59,688 nucleotides of DNA from a bacterium (GCA_035358315.1 DAOPPB010000001.1:1-59688), one strand, 5' to 3'; counted from the stretch's first letter, positions 29,232 through 37,704 are shown. Notes: generated by a model from the letters alone, not told the origin. Numbers and translations are program-made.

Positions 29232-30257
29232 CTACTCAACTATCAAAAAGTTCGGGGATTTTATCTCCGCGCTTTTATCATTCAATCCGAACTTAACAAA
29301 TATACTAGATTCGGCAACTCTGTCAACCACCCCGACCCACCCAAAGTACGGCTTTTGAAGAACCTGAACACTCATGCCACTTTCTACATTTTTAACATAC
29401 TCGGGATGATCTCTTTCGTCTCTATTTTTACCTGAAGTTTTTTTATCCGATTTTGCTGAAAATCTACTTAAGTCTTCCTTTCTTACAGGAACTCTCAGAA
29501 TATTTTTTTCACCTTCAAAAAAGACATATCTATAAGAAACTGAGCTTAAAAACTTATAAACATCTTCGGGAGTTCTTATTTCCCCAAATCCCGAAAATAC
29601 TCCTAAAGCAAGGTTGTACTTTTGGGCAAGTTCAAAAACCTCGCTGTGAACACTTCCCGCAATAACGGCGGATACGCCCAACTCATAAGCCCGTTTTGCA
29701 ACATCCAAGCCTACGTTGTTTCCGATATAAATTATCTTTTTCCTGGAATCTTTTATGAATTTCTCCAAATAAGAGGTTTTCAAAACGTCGGAAGGATTAG
29801 GAAAAACTACCAACTCACCTGATGTGTACACATTTGTACTAGCTGAAAAAAGAATATCTTTAGACTGCGATTCTATCAACGCGGATTTATTCTCAAAAAG
29901 AGATCTGATTTTCCCCCAAACACCGGACAGTAATATGTAATCCCTCTCTGCTTCCTCAAAAATATATCCCTTTCCCCTTGTTTCCACTAAATTGCCATCA
30001 TATGGAGCATAAAATTTCTCTTTTCCTGTCTTTCCGACAAGACTACCCGCATAATAAAACTTTTTGGGAGGGTTAAAATCAACGGGTTTAAATTTCCCGG
30101 GAAGAATTTTTGAATTTTGCGAGAAACGACACTTGCCCAAAGGGCTGAAGGGCTCAACGAAATCCTCCGGCTTAACAAGCCACTCACCATCAACGGGAAA
30201 AACCCTCTCTACCAAGCAATTATTTTCGGTTATTCTCCTTAGAACGGGAGCCAGCAT
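29232..30257 (-). CDS. Hypothetical protein, 341 aa (possible KOW/SH3-like C-terminal module)
   Basis: No signal peptide or TM. The C-terminal GMSVQVLQKPYFGWVGVVDRV...IFVKF is KOW-like. The gene is tightly packed between the upstream 341-aa ORF and the S41 protease gene. Confidence 0.5.
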   Translation of the reverse strand: MLAPVLRRITENNCLVERVFPVDGEWLVKPEDFVEPFSPLGKCRFSQNSKILPGKFKPVDFNPPKKFYYAGSLVGKTGKEKFYAPYDGNLVETRGKGYIFEEAERDYILLSGVWGKIRSLFENKSALIESQSKDILFSASTNVYTSGELVVFPNPSDVLKTSYLEKFIKDSRKKIIYIGNNVGLDVAKRAYELGVSAVIAGSVHSEVFELAQKYNLALGVFSGFGEIRTPEDVYKFLSSVSYRYVFFEGEKNILRVPVRKEDLSRFSAKSDKKTSGKNRDERDHPEYVKNVESGMSVQVLQKPYFGWVGVVDRVAESSIFVKFGLNDKSAEIKSPNFLIVE

Positions 30258-30258
30258 A

Positions 30259-31284
30259 TTATTTTTTATTTAAAATTACCTCAAACTGCTTCATACAATC
30301 ATTTAATAATTTGACATCAGAATAAATACTTTTATTTTCCACTCTAGTATCAAAAATCAATCCGATTTCTCCTCCCATTGTTCTGATATCTATAGTTCCA
30401 AGACCGTGGCTCTTAACTGATAATCTAGCCGGATTTTCGAGCTTTACCGGAAGAACAAAAATCTTGTTTTCTTCAATTTCAATAAACTGGTCGTCACCTA
30501 ATCCCGTACTAAGTAGACATTCACAAGCCCCGCCGGTACGGATAAACAACCCAGATTTTTCAAAATATTTCCAAATATCCTGGACTAAACTTCTATCGTA
30601 CATTTGAATTGTCTTAGAGAGAGCAAAAGAATTGAATTTATCCAGATAAACCTCAAAAATCCCCAAACCCCGTAATATTTCCAGTATAAGAATGTAATCT
30701 GATTCTCTATACGGAATTTTTTGAGAAAATCTTCCGCCAGTAAAAACCAACTTACGCCCAGATTCGAAAATGAATTTTTCGGGAATTTTCTCGCATATTT
30801 GGGAATCAACGCTGATCTGAGAAGAAATGTCCTCAGGAATTATTTGCGGATAACAAAAAAAGTTAGCCTCATCATCCTGCTCTCCAAAGGCCTCTCCCTC
30901 AGAATAGCGTCTCTCCCCCCAGTATGTTTCCTGCGAGCTGATTATTCCTTCGGTCATAAACGCACAGTTATTGACAAAAACCGGAGTCATTTCGTTTGAA
31001 TTTTCAATTAAAGAAGACACCCCAACTGACAGTTTGGTTTTTATATCGAGTTCGAGAGGCTCAAAAAAACTACTGATTAATATGCTGCATAAATTCGGTT
31101 TAACCCCCCTGTCAAGAAGAACCTTTTCAACCAGATAGGTATAAAATTGCTTTTCATTGCATTGGTTAGAAAATATCCCTTTGGAATAAACATACGGAAA
31201 ACTGAACAACTCAACATCCTTCTTGCTTTTTTTAAAAAGGAAATCCACACCGGAAACATCAAAATGAGCAGCTAATAGAGACAT
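30259..31284 (-). CDS. Hypothetical protein, 341 aa (weak actin/ASKHA-like glycine loops)
   Basis: No TM. AHFDVSG, FTGGRFS and IRTGGACE are faintly reminiscent of ASKHA phosphate loops, but this is not enough for assignment. Confidence 0.45.
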   Translation of the reverse strand: MSLLAAHFDVSGVDFLFKKSKKDVELFSFPYVYSKGIFSNQCNEKQFYTYLVEKVLLDRGVKPNLCSILISSFFEPLELDIKTKLSVGVSSLIENSNEMTPVFVNNCAFMTEGIISSQETYWGERRYSEGEAFGEQDDEANFFCYPQIIPEDISSQISVDSQICEKIPEKFIFESGRKLVFTGGRFSQKIPYRESDYILILEILRGLGIFEVYLDKFNSFALSKTIQMYDRSLVQDIWKYFEKSGLFIRTGGACECLLSTGLGDDQFIEIEENKIFVLPVKLENPARLSVKSHGLGTIDIRTMGGEIGLIFDTRVENKSIYSDVKLLNDCMKQFEVILNKK

Positions 31285-31302
31285 GAATATATAATACCAT
31301 CA

Positions 31303-31560
31303 CTAGAGCGCGTGTCTATCGGTATAAGGAAGCAAACCCATGTATCGGGCTTTTTTTATCTCTTTTGCAAGAAGTCGTTGATTTTTGGCTGTCAAGCCGC
31401 TGTACTTTTGAGGAAGTATCTTTCCTCTCTCGTTTATAAATCTCCTCAAAACAAGAACTTCCTTATAATCCGGCTTGGTTCCGGTTTCAGTAAAATAGCA
31501 GTTTTTAACTACTGGGAATTTTCTTTCTCTTCTTATTTTTTTATCCTTGCTATTTATCAT
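31303..31560 (-). CDS. rpsR: 30S ribosomal protein S18
   Basis: Motif LRRFINERGKILPQKYSGLTAKNQRLLAKEIKKARYMGLLPY. Confidence 0.92.
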   Translation of the reverse strand: MINSKDKKIRRERKFPVVKNCYFTETGTKPDYKEVLVLRRFINERGKILPQKYSGLTAKNQRLLAKEIKKARYMGLLPYTDRHAL

Positions 31561-31701
31561 AATTATCTCCTAATTAATTTCGACTACTTGATTCCCAAAG
31601 TATTTTAGCAAAAAAGGCGGTGCAGGAAAAACATTCGACCAAACGGACGCACTACGACTCGTTCATGAACATGTACAGACAAACGCATAAGGCTGAAGGA
31701 G

Positions 31702-31728
31702 GGCCGCTCCGCCTCCGGCGGAGCGGCC
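31702..31728. other. Perfect 12-bp GC-rich hairpin in the ssb-rpsR spacer
   Basis: GGCCGCTCCGCC tcc GGCGGAGCGGCC. It is very GC-rich for this genome and has no clear U-run on the coding (minus) strand. Confidence 0.6.
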
Positions 31729-31749
31729 ACAATTATACTTAAACTCCGC

Positions 31750-32220
31750 TTATTTGCTTTCCTCCGAGGCGCTATCTAAATCCCCAAGATCCAGATCATC
31801 AAGATTTACTTCCTCTTCGGGACCAACCTCCTCCGATTCATGGAAATCAATATCCTCTATTTCTTCTTCGGACTCTTCTCCTGCTTTTTTAGGAGTCAGG
31901 ATTATCATATCGTCTATAATAATTTCGGTTTTGTACCTTTTTTTACCGTCTTCTCCGACCCAATCTCTGGTCTGAAGTCTTCCCTCCACAAAAACCTTCA
32001 TTCCTTTCTTAAGAAGCTGCCCGCATATTTCAGCCAATTTATTCCAAGCAACAACGTTATGAAAGTCAACAGATTGCTTTTTTTCTCCCTGCGTAACCCA
32101 CTCTCTGTTAGTGGCTATTACAAAACTTGCTACTGCATTCCCCTGGGGAGTGTATCTTACCTCAGGGTCTCTTGTCAGATTACCTATAAGCATTACTTTA
32201 TTCAGATTCCTGGATGCCAT
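31750..32220 (-). CDS. ssb: Single-stranded DNA-binding protein
   Basis: OB fold (NKVMLIGNLTRDPEVRYTPQGNAVASF) and an acidic tail ending in DLDLGDLDSASEESK. Confidence 0.93.
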   Translation of the reverse strand: MASRNLNKVMLIGNLTRDPEVRYTPQGNAVASFVIATNREWVTQGEKKQSVDFHNVVAWNKLAEICGQLLKKGMKVFVEGRLQTRDWVGEDGKKRYKTEIIIDDMIILTPKKAGEESEEEIEDIDFHESEEVGPEEEVNLDDLDLGDLDSASEESK

Positions 32221-32242
32221 AGTGTCTCCTTGCCTCCTCTGC

Positions 32243-32524
32243 TCATTTCTGAGCAGTAACTAGATACCTTACCAAACCGTTTATCAGGTTTAGTTTTTCT
32301 TTTAAATTTTTGATAACAGAAGAATCAATTTCAAAAGTAAAAACATCATAAAATCCTTCGGTGTTATGATTTATTTCGTATGCAAACTTTCTTCTTCCCC
32401 AAAAATCGTTTTTTACATCCTTTGCTCCCATAGAGCTAAGAATTTCCGATACTTTCCCGGAAAGCGCCTTTGCCCCTTCCTCACCGAGCTCGTTTTTATA
32501 AATTGTCATCATCTCGTATTTCAT
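32243..32524 (-). CDS. rpsF: 30S ribosomal protein S6
   Basis: MKYEMMTIY... WGRRKFAYEI, with rpsF-ssb-rpsR synteny. Confidence 0.9.
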   Translation of the reverse strand: MKYEMMTIYKNELGEEGAKALSGKVSEILSSMGAKDVKNDFWGRRKFAYEINHNTEGFYDVFTFEIDSSVIKNLKEKLNLINGLVRYLVTAQK

Positions 32525-32868
32525 TTTTAACCTTTATCTAAAACTATAGTCAAATTATATATTTAAAACTACGGCTGTCCATATTTGTTACTCTACTTAC
32601 AATAGAATAACAAAGGACCGAAAAATGTTATCAAAATTCAGAAAAAAGGCAAGTACTACCGATTTTATACTAGAAATTAGTGATAATGGTCTTTGATAAG
32701 AAAGCTGCAGAGGAAGAGATAGATGAAATTAAAGATTTTTATGAGGACTATACAAAAGTTGTTATTGACATAAAAAGATGGACTCTAGCTATAGAAGAAA
32801 GACATTAGGTTGATCAAAGATAAATATTCTCTGAACTGCGGCATCCAGGTTAAGTGAGAATTAAAAAT

Positions 32869-33987
32869 TTAAACACTGAATCTAAAAACTGCCACATCTC
32901 CATCCTGCATAACATAATCCTTCCCCTCAAGCCTTATCAAACCCTTTTCTTTAGCGGTTTTTAAGCTTCCTATTTCCACTAAAGTTTCGTAATTTATTAT
33001 CTCGGCGGATATAAAACCTCTTTCAAAATCCGTGTGAATTTCCCCAGCGGCTTGTGGAGCTTTTGAACCTTTTTTAATTGTCCATGCCCGTACCTCTTTA
33101 GGACCCGCTGTGAAAAATGTATTCAATCCTAAAATTTCGTATCCTTTTTTTATCAATTTATCCAAACCGGAATATTCAATCCCAAGTTCTTTTAAGTAAC
33201 TTTCCCGTTCATTTTTATCAAAATCAGCCAGTTCGGCCTCTAATTTTGCGCAAATTACTATGGCGTCTTCTAAACCTTTAGGAAGCTTTTGTTCACTTTT
33301 TTTACTCAAATATTCCTCTTCTACATTCAGAACGTAAATCTGGGGTTTAAGAGTTAACAAATTTAATTCTTTGGAAGATTCTAATTCTTCTTCACTTAGC
33401 TCCAAGTCACTCGCAAAAACACCGTTGTTTAACCCTTCTAAAATTTTCTTTGCCGTTTCGTATTTTAATTTTACTTCCTTATCCGCCGAACCTTTAACTT
33501 CCTTTTCCAGTTTTTCCATTACTTTTTCAAGTGATTGAATATCCGCGAGCATAAGCTCCGTATTTACGGTTTGTCTGTCATTTTCAGGATTCTCCGAACC
33601 TGCTCTTACAACATTTTCATCTTCAAAAGCCCTGACAACATGGGCAATAGCATTTACCTCTCTGATATGCCCCAAAAAGGCATTTCCAAGCCCCTCTCCT
33701 TTTGACGCTCCTTTTACCAAACCTGCGATATCATAGAACTTTACCACCGCAGGAGTTACTTTTTCCGGTATTTCCCTGCCCTCAAAACCTCTACCGTAGT
33801 CATTTACAACTATTTTGCACAATTCTTCCAACCTATGATCGGGAACATCTACAACACCTACATTTGGCTCAATGGTAGCAAATGGATAATTTGCGGCTAA
33901 GGCGGCCTGGCGTTTTAATAATGCATTAAAAAGTGTGGATTTACCGACGTTTGGGAGCCCGATTATTCCTATTGATAGTGATGACAT
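32869..33987 (-). CDS. ychF: Ribosome-binding ATPase YchF
   Basis: GIIGLPNVGKSTLFNAL and a C-terminal TGS-like IHTDFERGFI. Confidence 0.95.
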   Translation of the reverse strand: MSSLSIGIIGLPNVGKSTLFNALLKRQAALAANYPFATIEPNVGVVDVPDHRLEELCKIVVNDYGRGFEGREIPEKVTPAVVKFYDIAGLVKGASKGEGLGNAFLGHIREVNAIAHVVRAFEDENVVRAGSENPENDRQTVNTELMLADIQSLEKVMEKLEKEVKGSADKEVKLKYETAKKILEGLNNGVFASDLELSEEELESSKELNLLTLKPQIYVLNVEEEYLSKKSEQKLPKGLEDAIVICAKLEAELADFDKNERESYLKELGIEYSGLDKLIKKGYEILGLNTFFTAGPKEVRAWTIKKGSKAPQAAGEIHTDFERGFISAEIINYETLVEIGSLKTAKEKGLIRLEGKDYVMQDGDVAVFRFSV

Positions 33988-34030
33988 AGAGTTATTTTAG
34001 CAGTGGGGGAAAAAAATTAAAATGAAAACC
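33963..34030. repeat. Direct repeat copy A (ychF codons 1-8 plus 43 bp upstream); putative att-like junction
   Basis: Aligns ungapped to 40982-41049 with 54 of 68 identical positions by hand count. Confidence 0.8.
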
Positions 34031-34071
34031 TTAATTAACTTTCATCACAAAGACTACCCACATGGTTAAAC

Positions 34072-35406
34072 CTATCTCGGGTTTACCTTAATTACATCGC
34101 CCAATTTGTGCTCAACACTATGTGTCACAACACATATAAAACCTACCCCAGGCTGGTAAAGATAGACTGCGGGCACGATATGTGCATAGGACAACGCTAT
34201 TTCTGCCGAAGCCCAATTAGATGTTTTACCACTCAAAAAAACGGGTTTACCAGGTTCTGTTTCCGGCGGGATAATCTCACCTAAATTTTTACTATCAACT
34301 ATTGTAAACCGATCTTTAGCATACTCAACCAAGGTTCCGCCTTGAAAGCCTTCTGTAACTTTCCAAGGTAAGGGCCCACTACCATTCCCTTCGGGGCAAT
34401 TGCTTCCCTTTATTCCGATAACACCACCTTTAATTTTACTGTCCGCCAATGCCACCTCACTCGGATGCAAAGCATGTAAAATGTTAATAATTAAAAACTG
34501 GGGAGCTCTGCCATCAATAACAAATTTTCCCCCTCTCTCTGCCATTTTCTGCAAGGCACTATAAACTGCAGACAACTCTTCCGGCTTCCAATCTAACCCT
34601 TTTATAGGCTCTCTACCTGGTAAAAAAATTTCCTCAGGTTTTTTACCAATCATCTCTGCTATAGATTCTATACTGATTTTTTCATACTCTGACATGATTA
34701 CTTTTTCCTCCTTAGGAGGTACTCTTTCCAAAAGATATGATGCTAACTCTCTCAGTGTTCCTGAATCTTTAAATTTCCCCCTATCAAGCCCAACTACAAC
34801 TCCTTCCGTTTCCCAGTCCTCACCGGGTGTTCTTATAAACGACTCAGACTGGGTTCCGTCTAGTGTTGAATGTAGGACGGCTAAAATGTTTAACCCGGTT
34901 CTATTTGCAAGTTCAACCCATTCAGTAATTTTTCCGGGGTCGGAAGAAATAACAATCATGGAGTTAGCTTCTTTACATATTTCTTCATTTTCAGGGCTAA
35001 CCACACCACCAACGTCAACCAGGGTAAAACGGCTGTTACTATTTGCAACCTGTAATTTCCAGTGGCCAACATTTTCTGGTGAAAAATCACCTTTATTTCT
35101 AAGTTGCCGTGCTAAATCACTATCCTCCCCATATAAATTCTGGGTCCAATCTCCCTCCCCATCGGGTTGCGCCGCCACCCGCATCGTATCCTCCAAAGGT
35201 AACATGCTTCGAATAAATCTCTCGGCTATAGACTTTCCGGAGTGTGGGGGACCCACAATTACTATTTTGGCCTCGTTGCCAATTTCCTTCTTAGCGGGTA
35301 TTTCATCTTTAGGAGCCTCGTTGGAATTCACGGATCCCGAGCCAGATTCACTCGATTTCTCAACAGAAAGCGATAAATCATTTTTATTAGGGTCGATCTC
35401 AAGCAT
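34072..35406 (-). CDS. P-loop NTPase fused to two tandem Csx3-like domains
   Basis: Walker A IVGPPHSGKS, and LVDVGG (Walker B / G3-like). Two C-terminal segments, KFVIDGRAPQFLIINILHALHPSEVALADSKIKGGVIGI and KPVFLSGKTSNWASAEIALSYAHIVPAVYLYQPGVGFICVVTHSVEHKLGDVI, resemble the Csx3 signature as I recall it. I use the ATG at 35406; a TTG at 35457 is the alternative start. Confidence 0.55.
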   Translation of the reverse strand: MLEIDPNKNDLSLSVEKSSESGSGSVNSNEAPKDEIPAKKEIGNEAKIVIVGPPHSGKSIAERFIRSMLPLEDTMRVAAQPDGEGDWTQNLYGEDSDLARQLRNKGDFSPENVGHWKLQVANSNSRFTLVDVGGVVSPENEEICKEANSMIVISSDPGKITEWVELANRTGLNILAVLHSTLDGTQSESFIRTPGEDWETEGVVVGLDRGKFKDSGTLRELASYLLERVPPKEEKVIMSEYEKISIESIAEMIGKKPEEIFLPGREPIKGLDWKPEELSAVYSALQKMAERGGKFVIDGRAPQFLIINILHALHPSEVALADSKIKGGVIGIKGSNCPEGNGSGPLPWKVTEGFQGGTLVEYAKDRFTIVDSKNLGEIIPPETEPGKPVFLSGKTSNWASAEIALSYAHIVPAVYLYQPGVGFICVVTHSVEHKLGDVIKVNPR

Positions 35407-35502
35407 AAATTTTCCGTTTTTAAAATAAAAATTCGTGAAAACTCTACTTCTGAACAAATGATAGCATTTTTTATAACAAAGAAAGAAAATGGAAGTAAAA
35501 AA

Positions 35503-35579
35503 AGCCCGGACGTTAAATATATGATTAGATTACAAAAGTGTCCTACCAACACTTGTTATCATATGCAAACATCCGGGCT
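35503..35579 (-). promoter_or_regulatory. Terminator-like hairpin + U-run inside the 5' leader of the NTPase-Csx3 gene (possible attenuator)
   Basis: AGCCCGGA (35503-35510) pairs with TCCGGGCT (35572-35579). On the minus strand the hairpin is followed by TTTTTTT, about 40 nt before the start codon. A 9-codon micro-ORF (MFAYDNKCW) with the SD-like GAGGGGAG lies inside it. Confidence 0.35.
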
Positions 35580-35729
35580 TTTCTCCCCTCAATGGAGCTA
35601 CACATTACCCATTAAGCTCTATGCAGGGTTTAGTTTGGCTTAACATTTGAATAAAATGTTATCTCCTTACCGATTGTTCGGTAATAAAAAACAAAGTTAA
35701 AAATATAATTTGGTTTTTTACCACAAAAC

Positions 35730-35803
35730 AAAAAAAGATGTTGCGGAGAGGCTCACATAGTTGCATTGAAATTTTCAATGTTAATATATGTGTGAGCCTC
35801 TCC
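35730..35803 (-). terminator. Strong rho-independent terminator of the 316-aa gene
   Basis: Perfect 13-bp stem GGAGAGGCTCACA (35745-35757) / TGTGAGCCTCTCC (35791-35803). On the minus strand it is followed by a T-run (the complement of aaaaaaa at 35730-35736). Confidence 0.8.
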
Positions 35804-35817
35804 TTTGATTGCTTCTC

Positions 35818-36768
35818 TTACTCTCTCAGCTGCAGGTTTGCAGCTAGGATTTCGGAAATCTTTGACCTTTCCCACGCCTCAGCCATCTCAGGTGTGGTTC
35901 CCACAAACATGACCCCCTCGCCGTTATAATTAATTACCAAAACCTTAAGACCTATTAATTCGTAACCCCCTCCGTCAACCAGGTCAACCAGGGCGTACAC
36001 TCCCCCCCTATAGTTATTATTTATCAATACCTCTCCCTGATACGGGGGTAACAAAACGTCACCCTTCTTGTGTTCGGTCACGGGATTAAAACTGAAATCC
36101 ACCCCATATAGGTCATAATAGACCCATTCAGTTCTATCCCTGTTTCTCTCTAGCCACCTCAAGGCTTCTTCGGCGTCCTTTCCGAGGACGTCAGAATAAG
36201 TCCTCCACCCATCCTGGGTGGCAATGTACCACCCCCCTGGTTCCCCGAATAAAGTCCCTTCGGGGACTTGGCTGACCACCGATCCTTCTACAAGAAAACA
36301 GTTGCCGTCTGGCAACTCTAGTAACTTGTAACCACTACCCACGACAAAAATATTTGAAGCAATTGCTTCAAATATTCTTACCCTATCCAGGCGTCCCTCA
36401 GGTTTAAAAAATAAAGCCTCCTCCCAGAAGGCCCTTTCATAAACCACGTCCGGATCCCCCTTTAGGATTTCTTCGACTTTTCTGTAGAAATCCCTCTCAT
36501 CATTCCAGCTCCAAAGGCCATATTTGAAATCAAGCCCGAGGGCCTTCTTCCCAACTTCAACTACAAAATCCCCCGGGACATTGCCCCTTTGAATAAAACA
36601 CATCAGCTCAAAGCTGATTTGCTTTGCGTCTTCCATGGCCTTCGGGATCAATTTGACCCCACATCCAAGATCAAGAGCTCTATTATAGAGCTCTTTAACA
36701 ACGCTTAACTCCCCCCTCACTTTGTATTTGTAATCGATTGGAACATATGGGTATATTTTCTTTGCCAT
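35818..36768 (-). CDS. Hypothetical protein, 316 aa, GC-rich relative to the genome
   Basis: Perfect SD GGAGGTAAAA before the ATG at 36768, and a strong terminator downstream. No motif I recognise. Confidence 0.6.
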   Translation of the reverse strand: MAKKIYPYVPIDYKYKVRGELSVVKELYNRALDLGCGVKLIPKAMEDAKQISFELMCFIQRGNVPGDFVVEVGKKALGLDFKYGLWSWNDERDFYRKVEEILKGDPDVVYERAFWEEALFFKPEGRLDRVRIFEAIASNIFVVGSGYKLLELPDGNCFLVEGSVVSQVPEGTLFGEPGGWYIATQDGWRTYSDVLGKDAEEALRWLERNRDRTEWVYYDLYGVDFSFNPVTEHKKGDVLLPPYQGEVLINNNYRGGVYALVDLVDGGGYELIGLKVLVINYNGEGVMFVGTTPEMAEAWERSKISEILAANLQLRE

Positions 36769-36850
36769 TTTTACCTCCTTTACGGGGTGGCAGACCCCAT
36801 GTTTTATTTCTATTAAGCTAATTTTGCTCAATAGCTAGTACAGGCATTCT

Positions 36851-37704
36851 TTTGGTAGGCAGGATTAAATACCTGTACATAGTTATTGAACAAATAATTA
36901 CGACGATTTTTGAATTTTCATTGATATGACTTAAATTTTCAAAGTACCCTTTCCTTAACTTTTTCCTAATCTCAACCCTGATTTTTTAAAAAAATAAGAG
37001 CTGAGTTAGGAGATCATCCTACAAAAGCAAGATGATGGACTCTCCCTTTTAGGTAGTATCCATAAACCTATTTGGCAGGATACTTTTGTCAGGAGTAAAC
37101 AGATTAATATTTACCACCCTTTAAAGTTCTTGTAATATCTGAACTTTTAAATTCTTCTTAGATCTTTTAATTTAAAATCTCTAAGAGCGAATATTTAAAG
37201 CAATCAATTTTTGGGCCACTCTCTTTAGACGGTAAACCGTCGCTTGCTTTGCAAGCTAAAAGCAGATTCCCTATATTTGTTAAGATTTTAACCTAACTTC
37301 TGAACAATTATTCATTATCCAGATGAGGTCTTCCTAATCCTTCTATTGTGGGGCCTTTATAATTTGGCAGGTTTGCCCAATCAATAACCATTATTTGGCG
37401 ATGAAAGATATAGGTGACTATATTTTTTTGTGTTTAAAAAGATTCAATTTTATCTTTTAAACAGAAATCTGTCCGAGATACCGGAATAAATTAGTACTCT
37501 CCCCGTTTAAATTAAAAAGATAAATGTTATCTTGAAACATGGGAATTTTGTTCGTGTATCTCAGGCAAGTTTTTGCTTAAAAGATTTCTCCGGATAAAAA
37601 AGCCGGGACCTAATGAGAATTATATTTTTTTAATTCTCACCAAATCTCGGCTTTTTGTTTTTTAAAAGAAAATCTTCTTTGGCAGGCCTTTAAGATTTGG
37701 TAGG
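36851..37704 (+). repeat. Dispersed same-orientation repeat family, core TTTGG(C/T)AGG, 5 copies
   Basis: Cores at 36851, 37071, 37363, 37678 and 37696. Two copies extend to about 19 bp (gcctttataatttggcagg at 37353-37371 against gcctttaagatttggtagg at 37686-37704, 16 of 19 identical). Spacing is irregular. Confidence 0.55.
37595..37662. terminator. Bidirectional terminator-like nested hairpin
   Basis: Outer stem AGCCGGGA (37601-37608) / TCTCGGCT (37645-37652) with one G-U pair. Inner stem GAGAATTA (37615-37622) / TAATTCTC (37631-37638). An A-run precedes it and TTTTTGTTTTTT follows. Confidence 0.55.

Noticed and set aside
37363-37376. Sigma-54 promoter (TGGCAGGTTTGC resembles TGGCAC-N5-TTGC)
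   Set aside because: The GG-to-GC spacing is 2 nt too short for the -24/-12 geometry. The same TGGCAGG core recurs elsewhere without any TTGC element.
36851-37704. Possible degenerate CRISPR array formed by the TTTGG(C/T)AGG repeats
   Set aside because: Spacing is irregular (about 220, 292, 315 and 18 bp), the conserved core is only 9-19 bp, there is no palindromic repeat structure and there are no cas genes. This is not a CRISPR array.
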